Assembly: GCA_005888925.1 (NCBI GenBank)
Contig: VBCP01000068.1
Span: 1-41,106 of the forward strand
DNA from: Betaproteobacteria bacterium
Lineage (GTDB): Bacteria; Pseudomonadota; Gammaproteobacteria; Burkholderiales; SG8-39
Direction: 5' to 3'
Length of the DNA stretch: 41,106 bases
Shown: positions 24,038 through 32,321 of the stretch, one piece after another
Numbering within the stretch: the first letter of the stretch is position 1
Layout: every line of letters begins with the position of its first letter
Program-made: the position numbers and the translations under genes
The notes under the pieces: generated by a model
Database searches by the model: none
Seen by the model: only the letters and a program-made list of their open reading frames with translations
What the model was told of the DNA's origin: nothing

Positions 24038-27000
24038 CTGCAGCTTGGCGGAACCGATTTGCGCCAGTGGCTGCGCCAGCCGGCCGCGTGGACGATTCTC
24101 GGCATCGGCGCCGTGGTGTCGCTCTTCGCCTGGCGCTCGCTCACCACTGAAGTCGAGCACGCGGCGCGCGCGAGCTTCAACGCGGTCGCCGCCGAATCGC
24201 GCAACGCGATCCAGTCCCGGCTGCGCGACTATCGCGTCATCCTGCTCGGCCTGCAGGGCCTGCTCGAGGCGAAGCCCGACCTCGACCGCGTTGGTTTCGA
24301 GCGCTATATCGAGAACCTGACCTCCGCGCACAGCGCGGGCCAGGTGCGCTCGTTCAGCTATGCGCGGCGCGTGCCGCGTGCGTTGAAAGACGAATACGAG
24401 AAGGCGGTGCGCGCCGACACGAGCTTGCATCCGGCGGGCTACCCGCAGTTCGCGGTGCGCCCGCCGGGAGCGCGCCACGAGTACGTGGTGATCCACTACG
24501 TCTCGCCGTACAAGGGCAACGAAAGAGGCTTGGGGCTCGACCTGATGGCCGATCCGGAAAGGCGCCAGGTCGTCGAGCGCACGCGCGACACGGGCGAGAT
24601 CGTCGCCACCGGACCGATCACCCTCGTCTCCACGGGCGAGCGCGCGGTGAGCATGCGCCTCGCCGTGTATCGCACCGACGCCATGATCACCAGCCTCGAC
24701 CTGCGCCGCGAGATGTTCGGCGGCGTCGCCAACATCACGTTCAGCGTGCGCGACGTCGCCGCCGACATCGTCGCGCGCCACGCTTCGTCCGCGCTGCAGC
24801 TGCGCGTACTCGACGGCGGCGAGGCGCTGTACGAAAGCAGCGCTGCGCCGGCGGCCGCGGGCGCGTTCCGCGTCACGACGCCGCTGGAAGTCGGCGGCCG
24901 CGAGTGGCGGCTCGAATTCAGCGCGCCGCCGGAGCGCTTCCGCACCGCGGGCGACGCGCTGATGCCCTGGCTCGCGCTCATCGGCGGACTCGCCATCAGC
25001 GTGCTGCTGGCGGGACTGGTGGGCTCGCTCGCCACCTCGACGCGGCGCGCGCGCCGCATCGCCCGCGAGATTACGGAAGACCTGCGCCAGAGCCAGGCCG
25101 AACTGCTCGAAGCGCAGCGCAAGACGGAGCTGCTCATTGAAACGCTGCCCAATCCGGTGTTCTTCAAGGGCATCGACGGGCGCTACCTCGGCGTCAACAG
25201 GGCCTGGGAAGTCTTCTTCAAGCGGCCGCGGGCCTCGATCATCGGTCGCCCGGTGCACGATCTCTATCCGCATGCGCCCGAGATCGCCCAGCGTATGCAC
25301 GCTGCCGACCAAAGCCTGTGGGCCGAGCCGGGCACCCAGACCTACGAGGCCTCGCTGACGCTGCCCGACGGCACGCAGCGCGACACGATCTACTACAAGG
25401 CGACCTTTACCGGTCCGCAGGGCGCCGTCGCCGGCCTGATCGGCACGATCATCGACATCACCGAGCGCAAGCAGGCGGAAAAGCGCCAGGCGATGGAGCA
25501 TGCCGTCACGCGCCTGCTCGCGAGCGCCGACACTTCCGGTGCCGCGCTGCCGCAAGTGATCCGCATCATCTGCGAATCCGTAGGCTGGACCTGCGGCGCG
25601 CTCTTGCGTCCGGAGCCGCAGTCCAAGCAACTGCGTTATGCGATCGGCTGGGGCGCGGAGTCGGCCGAAATCCAGCAACAGCTAATGGCGGCGGCGAGGG
25701 ACAAGGTTGACGGCGCCATCAGCTTCCCGCTCCTGCTTGGCACCGAGGTGCTGGGCGTGCTCGCCTTCCTCGGCGCGGCGCACGCGCCGGACCCGCAGCT
25801 CATGGCGATGATGCAGTCGATCGGCAGCCAGGTCGGCCAATACCTGCAGCGCAAGCAGGCCGAGGATGCGCTGCGCTTCGTCGCCACGCACGACTCGCTC
25901 ACCGGCCTGCCCAATCGCATCATGTTCGGACAGCGCCTCGATCACGCCTTGACGCAGGCCAAGCGCCACGGGCGGCGCCTCGCGGTGCTGTTCATCGACC
26001 TCGACCGCTTCAAGAACATCAACGACACGCTCGGCCACGAGTTCGGCGACACCTTGCTGCGCGACGTCGCCCAACGCCTCACGCAGAGCGTGCGCGCAAG
26101 CGACACCATCGGCCGCCTCGGCGGCGACGAGTTCGTGGTGCTGCTCGAAGAAGTCAGCGCGCCGATGCTCATCGTCGGCGTGGCGCAGAAGCTGATCGCC
26201 GCGCTCGCGCAGGGCTTCCCGCTGGCCGGCAAGGAATATCACGTCTCCGCCAGCATCGGCGTCAGCACCTACCCCGACGACGCGCAGGACGCCCAGGAGC
26301 TGCTCAAGAACGCCGATATCGCGATGTACCGCGCGAAGGAACAGGGCCGCAATACGTTCCAGTTCTACGCCGCACAGCACAACATCCACACGGTTGAGCG
26401 CCTGACGCTCGAATCGGGGCTGCGCCGCGCGCTCGAGCGCGGCCAGCTCGTGCTGCACTACCAGCCGCAGGTCGACCTCGCCAGCGGCCGCATCGTCGGA
26501 TTCGAGGCGCTGGTGCGCTGGCAGCACCCGGAGCTCGGCCTGCTGCCGCCGGCGAGCTTCATTGCGATTGCCGAGGAGACCGGCCTGATCGTGCCGATCG
26601 GGCAATGGGTGATGCATGCCGCCTGCGCCACGCAGCGCGCGTGGCGCGAAGCCGGCCACGCGCCGCTGCGCATGTCGGTGAACCTGTCGCCGCGCCAGTT
26701 CCTGCACAGCGGGCTGATCGACGATATCGCCGGACTGGTGCGCGCGAGCGCGGCAGACGCGGCGTTTCTCGAGCTTGAGATCACCGAAGGCATGGTGATG
26801 CAGGACCCGGAGCGCGCGGGCAGCCTGCTGCGGGAAATCCGCAACATCGGCGGCGTGCGCATCGCCATCGACGATTTCGGCACCGGCCATTCCTCGCTCG
26901 CCTACCTCAAGCGCTTCCCGGTGGACAACCTCAAGATTGACCGCTCCTTCATCGCCGATATCCCGGCCGACCGCGGCGACGCCGCGATCACCCAGGCGAT

Positions 27001-27202
27001 CATCGCCATGGGCCACAGCCTGGAGATGAAGGTGATCGCCGAAGGCGTCGAGACGCAAGCGCAGTACGACTTCCTCGTCGCCCAGGGTTGCGACGAGTAC
27101 CAGGGCTATTTCTTCAGCAAGCCGGTGCCCGAAGCGCAGGCGCGCGCGCTGCTGCCGGCCGCGGCGCTAGGCGAGCCTCAGATTCGCTTCACTGCGCGCT
27201 GA
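24038..27202 (+). CDS. membrane sensor c-di-GMP protein: TM-CHASE-TM-PAS-GAF-GGDEF-EAL
   Basis: The track ORF begins at 23462, but that part is an out-of-frame overlap with the SDR gene. The real protein starts just before TM1 (AAWTILGIGAVVSLFAW). CHASE-like periplasmic domain: YVVIHYVSPYKGNERGLGLDLMADPERRQVVERTRDTGEIVATGPITLV. TM2: WLALIGGLAISVLLAGLV. PAS ends in IIDITERKQAE. Then GAF (ICESVGWTCG), RASD I-site plus GGDEF, and EAL (FEALVRW, ELEITE, DDFGTGHSSL). Start is uncertain: CTG 24038 lies 7 nt after GGGAGGA; TTG 24059 is the alternative. Confidence 0.85.
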   Translation: MQLGGTDLRQWLRQPAAWTILGIGAVVSLFAWRSLTTEVEHAARASFNAVAAESRNAIQSRLRDYRVILLGLQGLLEAKPDLDRVGFERYIENLTSAHSAGQVRSFSYARRVPRALKDEYEKAVRADTSLHPAGYPQFAVRPPGARHEYVVIHYVSPYKGNERGLGLDLMADPERRQVVERTRDTGEIVATGPITLVSTGERAVSMRLAVYRTDAMITSLDLRREMFGGVANITFSVRDVAADIVARHASSALQLRVLDGGEALYESSAAPAAAGAFRVTTPLEVGGREWRLEFSAPPERFRTAGDALMPWLALIGGLAISVLLAGLVGSLATSTRRARRIAREITEDLRQSQAELLEAQRKTELLIETLPNPVFFKGIDGRYLGVNRAWEVFFKRPRASIIGRPVHDLYPHAPEIAQRMHAADQSLWAEPGTQTYEASLTLPDGTQRDTIYYKATFTGPQGAVAGLIGTIIDITERKQAEKRQAMEHAVTRLLASADTSGAALPQVIRIICESVGWTCGALLRPEPQSKQLRYAIGWGAESAEIQQQLMAAARDKVDGAISFPLLLGTEVLGVLAFLGAAHAPDPQLMAMMQSIGSQVGQYLQRKQAEDALRFVATHDSLTGLPNRIMFGQRLDHALTQAKRHGRRLAVLFIDLDRFKNINDTLGHEFGDTLLRDVAQRLTQSVRASDTIGRLGGDEFVVLLEEVSAPMLIVGVAQKLIAALAQGFPLAGKEYHVSASIGVSTYPDDAQDAQELLKNADIAMYRAKEQGRNTFQFYAAQHNIHTVERLTLESGLRRALERGQLVLHYQPQVDLASGRIVGFEALVRWQHPELGLLPPASFIAIAEETGLIVPIGQWVMHAACATQRAWREAGHAPLRMSVNLSPRQFLHSGLIDDIAGLVRASAADAAFLELEITEGMVMQDPERAGSLLREIRNIGGVRIAIDDFGTGHSSLAYLKRFPVDNLKIDRSFIADIPADRGDAAITQAIIAMGHSLEMKVIAEGVETQAQYDFLVAQGCDEYQGYFFSKPVPEAQARALLPAAALGEPQIRFTAR

Positions 27203-28148
27203 TCTTCGCGTCGCGAATCAGCCTGCCATAGCGCTCGAGATCCGCGCGGATCAGCGCGGCGAGTTCCTCGGGCGTGCCGGTGACGATATCGTTGCCGCCC
27301 TGCACGGCGATGCGCTCGTGCACGTCCGGCGCGCGCATCGCCTTCACGATCTGCGCATTTAGCCTCTGCACCACCGCGCGCGGCGTTCCCGCTGGGGCGA
27401 GCACCCCCTGCCATTGCGACATGTCGAAGCCGGCGAAGCCCGCCTCCTGCAGCGTCGGCACCTCGGGGAGGGACGACGCCCGCTTCGCGCTCGACACCGC
27501 AAAGGCGCGCAGCTTCCCGGCCCGCACATGCGGCACCGAGGTGATCACCGTGTCGAACATGAACGCGAGCTGCCCGCCGAGGAGATCGGCGAGCGCCGGC
27601 GCGCTGCCCTTGTACGGGATATGGTTGAAGCGCGTCCCGGTCGCGAGGCCGAAGAGCTCGGCGGCAAGATGGTTGCCGCCGCCGATGCCGGTCGAGCCAT
27701 ACGCTAGGCCGCCAGGTTTCGCCCGCGCCGCCGCGACCAAGTCCGCGATGGTTTTGTACGGCGCATCGGCGCGCGTCACCAGGACGTACTGGTACACGGC
27801 GCACTGCGCTACGGGCGCCAGATCGCGCACCGGATCGTAGGGCACCTGCGGATAGAGCACCGGGTTCACCACGATCGGCCCGCTCGCCACGGCGAGCAGC
27901 GTGTAGCCATCAGGCGCGCTCTTCGCTACGAAGTCGGTGCCGATGCCACCGTTCGCGCCGGGCTTGTTCTCGACCACGAAGCTCTGCTTCAGCGCCTCGG
28001 TGAGCTTCTGCGAGAGCGTCCGCGCCCAGATGTCCGCGTTGCCGCCGGCGACGTAAGGCACGACGACGCGCACCGGCTTGTTCGGAAAGTCCTGCGCCGC
28101 CGCCGGGCTCGCGACGAGCGCGAGAAACAGGATGAGCAGTGGTTTCAT
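27189..28148 (-). CDS. TctC/Bug-family periplasmic substrate-binding protein
   Basis: 319 aa: MKPLLILFLALVASPAAAQDFPNKPVRVVVPYVAGGNADI...HIPYKG. Converges on the CHASE-GGDEF-EAL gene with a 14-nt overlap. Confidence 0.9.
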   Translation of the reverse strand: MKPLLILFLALVASPAAAQDFPNKPVRVVVPYVAGGNADIWARTLSQKLTEALKQSFVVENKPGANGGIGTDFVAKSAPDGYTLLAVASGPIVVNPVLYPQVPYDPVRDLAPVAQCAVYQYVLVTRADAPYKTIADLVAAARAKPGGLAYGSTGIGGGNHLAAELFGLATGTRFNHIPYKGSAPALADLLGGQLAFMFDTVITSVPHVRAGKLRAFAVSSAKRASSLPEVPTLQEAGFAGFDMSQWQGVLAPAGTPRAVVQRLNAQIVKAMRAPDVHERIAVQGGNDIVTGTPEELAALIRADLERYGRLIRDAKISAQ

Positions 28149-28167
28149 CGGCGCTTATGATAGGCCA

Positions 28168-29026
28168 GTGCAAACGCTCGACCGCTCGCACCATGCGCCC
28201 GCGCAGCCGCTGCCGCCGCACGCGGCCGATTGCCACATGCATGTGTTCGAGCCTTTCGAGCTTTACCCGCTTGCGCCGGAGCGCGCCTACAACGTCTGCG
28301 AAGCGCCGCTCCCAGCGCACGAGCGCATGAAGCAGCAAGTGGGTCTCGAGCGCACGGTGTTCGTGCAGGCGAGCGGCCACGGTACCGACAACCGTGCAAT
28401 GCTCGCTGCGCTCGCCGAGCTCGGACCGCGCGGCCGCGGCGCGGCGGTGGTCGCGCCGCAAACGCCGCTCGCCGAGCTGCAGCGCTTGCACAAGAGCGGC
28501 GTGCGCGGCCTGCGGCTCAACCTCTATACCTTCACCGGGCGCCACGTCGGAGAACCGGCGGTGCTGCTGCGAACCTACGAGCGTCTCGTCGCCCCGCTCG
28601 GCTGGCACCTGCAGCTCTTCTGCGATCCCGCTACGCTCACCACGCTCGCTTCGCCCATCGAGCGCTGCAGCGTACCGGTGGTCATATCAGCCGGTGTTCC
28701 AGACGGTGCTCGCGCTCGCGTCCACCGGGCGCGCGTGGGTCAAGCTCGCGGGCGCCGACCGCATCACGCGCAGCACCGCCCGCCTTGCCGATGCCATCCC
28801 CTTCATGCGCGCGCTCGCGCAATCGACGCCGCAGCAGCTGGTGTGGGGCACGGACTGGCCGAACATCGGCTTCCATGCCCGCCAGCAGGTGCACGACGAC
28901 CAGGTGCTGGCGCATCGCCAGCTCGACGCGGGCGAGCTGCTCGATCTGCTGGCCGAGGCCGTTCCCGACGCCGGGGTGCGCCACGCAATCCTGGTGCACA
29001 ACCCCGAGCGGCTTTACGGTTTCTAG
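28168..29026 (+). pseudogene. amidohydrolase_2 (LigI / 2-pyrone-4,6-dicarboxylate-hydrolase-like) gene, frameshifted with an internal deletion
   Basis: Frame A gives ...AADCHMHVFEP...VFVQASGHGTDNRAMLAAL...GVRGLRLN...GWHLQLF...CSVPVVI. Similarity then continues in another frame: QPVFQTVLALASTGRAWVKLAGADRI...LVWGTDWPN...ILVHNPERLYGF (stop 29024-29026). The expected 'DH(M/F)G...' segment after PVVI is absent. The 859-nt span is not a multiple of 3. The N-terminal start (GTG 28168) is a guess. Confidence 0.7.
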
Positions 29027-29391
29027 TCTTCGATGCTCTGGTAAGCCTCGGGACGAAAGCGCGGCGTGCAGATCGCGAAGAACACCAGGTCGTGCTCGCC
29101 CAGGTTGGTGATGCGCTGCCGGCAAAGCGGCGGAATCAGCACCACGTCGCCCGCGCTCACCTCATGCGCCGGCAGCTCGCCGACCTCGACACGCCCGCGC
29201 CCCTCGAGAATTACATAGCGCTCGGTCGTCCCCACCAGCCGATGCCACCGCGTGGTGACGCCGCGCGAGACGCGGGCAAGCGCGATCGAGGCCTCCGGAT
29301 CCTCCGGCGTATTCGCGAGCTCGGTGATGTAACAGCGCTCGGGTGTGTAGAACTCGGCGCTGCGGTCGACCGGCCAGATGGTGGGCTTCAC
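29023..29391 (-). CDS. small cupin-domain protein
   Basis: About 122 aa from GTG 29391 (VKPTIWPVDRSAEFYTPERCYITEL...TTRWHRLVGTTERYVILEGRGRVEV...GDVVLIPP). The longer track ORF (to 29484) would overlap the upstream gene by 83 nt. Start is uncertain. Confidence 0.6.
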   Translation of the reverse strand: MKPTIWPVDRSAEFYTPERCYITELANTPEDPEASIALARVSRGVTTRWHRLVGTTERYVILEGRGRVEVGELPAHEVSAGDVVLIPPLCRQRITNLGEHDLVFFAICTPRFRPEAYQSIED

Positions 29392-29401
29392 GCGCCAAAT
29401 A

Positions 29402-30688
29402 TCATGGCAGGGCGCGTTTCGCTCCGCTACCTCGGCGCAGCTTCGCGGCGAGGTCGCCGCGCTCGCCGATTTCCACATGGTCAAGCTGCAGCCAGGCCCG
29501 CAGCTCTTGTAGTTCCTGCGCGAGCGCCGGGATGACGCGCCGCGCGTCGTGTCCCGGCTCGAGATGCGCGCTGCGCACCACCAGGACTTTTCGTTTGCGG
29601 TCGGCCTTGAGGTCGCAGCGCGCGACTAGCCTATCGGCGAGCAGGAACGGGAACACGTAGTAGCCGTACACGCGCTTCGCGATCGGCGTGTAGATCTCGA
29701 TCGTGTAATTCATCCCGAAGAGCCGCCGCAGGCGCCGACGATCCCAGACCAGGGAGTCGAACGGCGTGACGAACGCGCGCGCCTCGACGGTGCTCGGCGG
29801 CTTGACGCCGGGAAAGGCGTACGCCTGCTCCTTCCAGCCGTCCACGCGCGCGGGCACGAGCCGTCGCTCCTCCACTAGCTCGGACAGGAGCCGCGGGGCG
29901 ACCGGCTTCGCGCGCTGGCCGATCGCGCGAGCCCAGCGCCACGGCACGGGCCCGGAGCGATCGCTCCAGCCGTCGATGTAGAAGTAGCTGGTGAGATCAT
30001 CAAAGGTGCCCACGCCGCAAGCTTTTGCGGCGAGCACGATAAGCTGCTTCATCGCCTGATCGCGCGGCGGCGCCGGCGCTTCGCGCGTTTCCCGAGGAAT
30101 GACGCGCTCCGCGAGATCGTAGAGCCGCTCGAAGCCGCGCCGCCCGGCGATGGCGAGGAGCCCGGTGTCGAAGAGATGCTCGAGGGTTTTCTTGCCGATG
30201 CTCCAGCCCCACCAGCTGCCCCCGCGCTTGCCGGGACTGGAGAGCTCGGCGGCCGCGATCGGCCCGCGCTCGGCGACCTCCGCGTACACCCTCGCCATGT
30301 AGGCGCCGCGCCGCAAGCGCATGTATCGCTGCGTCCACTCGGCGTGCTTGTCCATGCGATAGCGCAGTAGCGGATAAAGCGAGACCGGCAGCAGGCACGC
30401 GGCGTGACCCCAGTACTCGAAAAGCTCGCGCTTCTCATAGACGAGTGCGTCGAGCGCCGCGACCGGATAAGGCCCCAGCCGCGCGAACGCCGGCACATAG
30501 TGCGCACGCGCGAGCACATTCACCGAGTCGATCTGGAAGGCGTGGATCTGCGCTGCGAGCCGGCGCAGATGGTCGATCGTCGGCTTGGCGGGCCTGGCAC
30601 CGAAGCCCTGTGATGCGACCGCGAGGCGCCGCGCCTCCGGCAGCGACAGGGTCAGTACGCGAGGCGCAGGCCGAGCAGACGTTCGCAC
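29402..30688 (-). CDS. winged-helix AlkZ/YcaQ-like protein (DUF1006/HTH_42; interstrand-crosslink DNA glycosylase family)
   Basis: 428 aa: LSLPEARRLAVASQGF...IDHLRRLAAQIHAFQIDSVNVLARAHYVPAFARLGPYP...LFEYWGHAACLLP...YGYYVFPFLLADRLVARCDLKADRK. This is the characteristic YcaQ/AlkZ family pattern. Confidence 0.75.
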   Translation of the reverse strand: MRTSARPAPRVLTLSLPEARRLAVASQGFGARPAKPTIDHLRRLAAQIHAFQIDSVNVLARAHYVPAFARLGPYPVAALDALVYEKRELFEYWGHAACLLPVSLYPLLRYRMDKHAEWTQRYMRLRRGAYMARVYAEVAERGPIAAAELSSPGKRGGSWWGWSIGKKTLEHLFDTGLLAIAGRRGFERLYDLAERVIPRETREAPAPPRDQAMKQLIVLAAKACGVGTFDDLTSYFYIDGWSDRSGPVPWRWARAIGQRAKPVAPRLLSELVEERRLVPARVDGWKEQAYAFPGVKPPSTVEARAFVTPFDSLVWDRRRLRRLFGMNYTIEIYTPIAKRVYGYYVFPFLLADRLVARCDLKADRKRKVLVVRSAHLEPGHDARRVIPALAQELQELRAWLQLDHVEIGERGDLAAKLRRGSGAKRALP

Positions 30689-31425
30689 TTTTCGATCACG
30701 TAGCGCACCTTGTCGCGCAACACTGGGTCGTTGGTGCGCTTGAGGTGCGTGGCGACAACGGCCGGCTCGAGGAGCAGCAACGCGAAGAGCTCGGCGCGCT
30801 CTTCATGCGGATAGGTTTCGGAATACGCGTTGAGGAAGCCGGGCCTGCCGCTGCCGATCGCCGAGCGATTCATGCGCTCGCCGTAGCTCTCGGCGTACCC
30901 GGCGCCGAAGCGCTGCCGCCATTGCGCATCCTCGTAAGTGTTGAAGCGATATTCGATCAGGTGATAGAGCTCGTGCAGAAAAAGGTGCTGCACATCCCCA
31001 GGGTTAGTGCCGCCCTCGCCCACGTCGAGCATCAAGAGGTCGAGCGGCGGCACCGGGATGCCACCGATCCTTTGCGTTCCGGCCATGGCACGGCTGCACA
31101 GGATGGCGTAGCGCAATCTCAGCCTGCGCAGCGAGGCATCCGGCAGCTTGGCGAACGCCGGGGCGATGCTGCGTGCGATGGCACGGCTTGCGTCGCGTGA
31201 CACGGCCCCGCAGAAATATCGTCCGCCGCCCGGCCGGGTATCCCTCTCGACATAGCCGATGTTGATGCCCAGCGTGCCGAGCCGCGGCTCCAGCGCCGCC
31301 GCATCGAGCAGGCGCAGGCTATCGATGTACGTCTCCTTCGCGGCCTGCTGCTCCGAGACGTTCTGCGCTTGGGCAACGCCGAGCGCGGCGAGCATGAGAG
31401 CGAGAAGGAGGGGCGCGGTCAACAT
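30652..31425 (-). CDS. secreted hypothetical protein with an HExxH (HELYH) motif; possible zinc metallohydrolase
   Basis: 257 aa with signal peptide MLTAPLLLALMLAALGVAQAQ. Single HExxH in VQHLFLHELYHLIEY. Composition is normal (not R/A-rich). The 3' end overlaps the AlkZ-like start by 37 nt. Confidence 0.55.
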   Translation of the reverse strand: MLTAPLLLALMLAALGVAQAQNVSEQQAAKETYIDSLRLLDAAALEPRLGTLGINIGYVERDTRPGGGRYFCGAVSRDASRAIARSIAPAFAKLPDASLRRLRLRYAILCSRAMAGTQRIGGIPVPPLDLLMLDVGEGGTNPGDVQHLFLHELYHLIEYRFNTYEDAQWRQRFGAGYAESYGERMNRSAIGSGRPGFLNAYSETYPHEERAELFALLLLEPAVVATHLKRTNDPVLRDKVRYVIEKCERLLGLRLAY

Positions 31426-31439
31426 GCGCCCACACTATC

Positions 31440-32321
31440 TCAGAGGTGGTCGCTCATCCAGGCGGCCGTGCGCACCGCGCCGCCGAAGCTGTAGAGGTGG
31501 ACGCCGACCACGTTGCTCGGCTCGCGGTTGCGGGTGTAGCGGGCGAGCGCGACGAGCTGGTCGCGCGGGTCGGTGTTGGTGACGAGCTTGGCGATGCCGC
31601 TGCCGAGGCTGCGCAGCGCGCGCAGCGACGCACTCACGCCGCAGCGCTGCGCATAGCGCAGCAGCGCGGCGGGATCGGCGGGGCCGGCGATGCCGACGTA
31701 GACCGGTAGGCTCGGCCACAGCCGGGCCAGCGTCGCACAATAGTCCACCACGCGCGCCGGGGCGAAGGAGAACTGGGTCAGGACGTAAACGCCGATCGAC
31801 TGCGCCGCGGCCAGCTCGAGCTTGCGCGCGAGCGCCTTCTCCAGGGCGTTGAGCGAGATGCGGGGGTGACCTTCCGGATATCCCGCGACACCGATCTCGC
31901 GCACGCCGCAGTCCGCGAGCAAACCCTCCTCGAGAATCTGCAGGCTGTCGACAAATGGGCCCTTCGGCCGCGGCTCGTCGCCGCCGAGGAGCAGCACTCG
32001 ATGGACGCCGTATTCGCTCGAAGCCCGGCGCAGGAAGGTCCGAAACTCATCGCGGTTGAGAATGCGCCGCGCCGAGACATGCGGCACCGGATCGAGGCCG
32101 GCGTCGCGGATCGCGGCGATCGCCTCGAGCGTGCGCGCGAGCGGCAGGCCGGGCAGCGATGGGATGTAGACGCAGCTGCCCGCGGGGAGCAGCGTGCCGA
32201 CGTCCTTCGCGCGGTGCAGCTCGCGCGGCGAGATCTCCACCGAGCCCGCCGCCACGAGCTCGGAGATCCTCGGATCCAGCCGTGGTTCAGTCGCGCTTGC
32301 GGGATACGACATAGGACTCAT
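31440..32321 (-). CDS. methylenetetrahydrofolate-reductase-like (MetF-family) protein
   Basis: About 293 aa from ATG 32321 (ATG 32312 is an alternative): VEISPRE...VYIPSLPG...VPHVSARR...VHRVLLLGGDEPRPKG...GVAGYPEGHP...VLTQFSF...GIAGP, the MTHFR TIM-barrel pattern. Overlaps the upstream gene's end by about 35 nt. Confidence 0.7.
   Translation of the reverse strand: MSPMSYPASATEPRLDPRISELVAAGSVEISPRELHRAKDVGTLLPAGSCVYIPSLPGLPLARTLEAIAAIRDAGLDPVPHVSARRILNRDEFRTFLRRASSEYGVHRVLLLGGDEPRPKGPFVDSLQILEEGLLADCGVREIGVAGYPEGHPRISLNALEKALARKLELAAAQSIGVYVLTQFSFAPARVVDYCATLARLWPSLPVYVGIAGPADPAALLRYAQRCGVSASLRALRSLGSGIAKLVTNTDPRDQLVALARYTRNREPSNVVGVHLYSFGGAVRTAAWMSDHL

Noticed and set aside
23900-27058. Minus-strand ORFs 23900..25678 (592 aa) and 25682..27058 (458 aa)
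   Set aside because: Antisense to the CHASE-PAS-GAF-GGDEF-EAL gene, whose own frame carries every expected domain motif. The antisense frames are low complexity.
29027-29535. Continuation of track ORF 28078..29535 beyond the amidohydrolase region
   Set aside because: After the frameshift point this frame loses all family similarity and runs antisense through the cupin gene. The true C-terminus (…NPERLYGF*) is in the other frame and ends at 29026.
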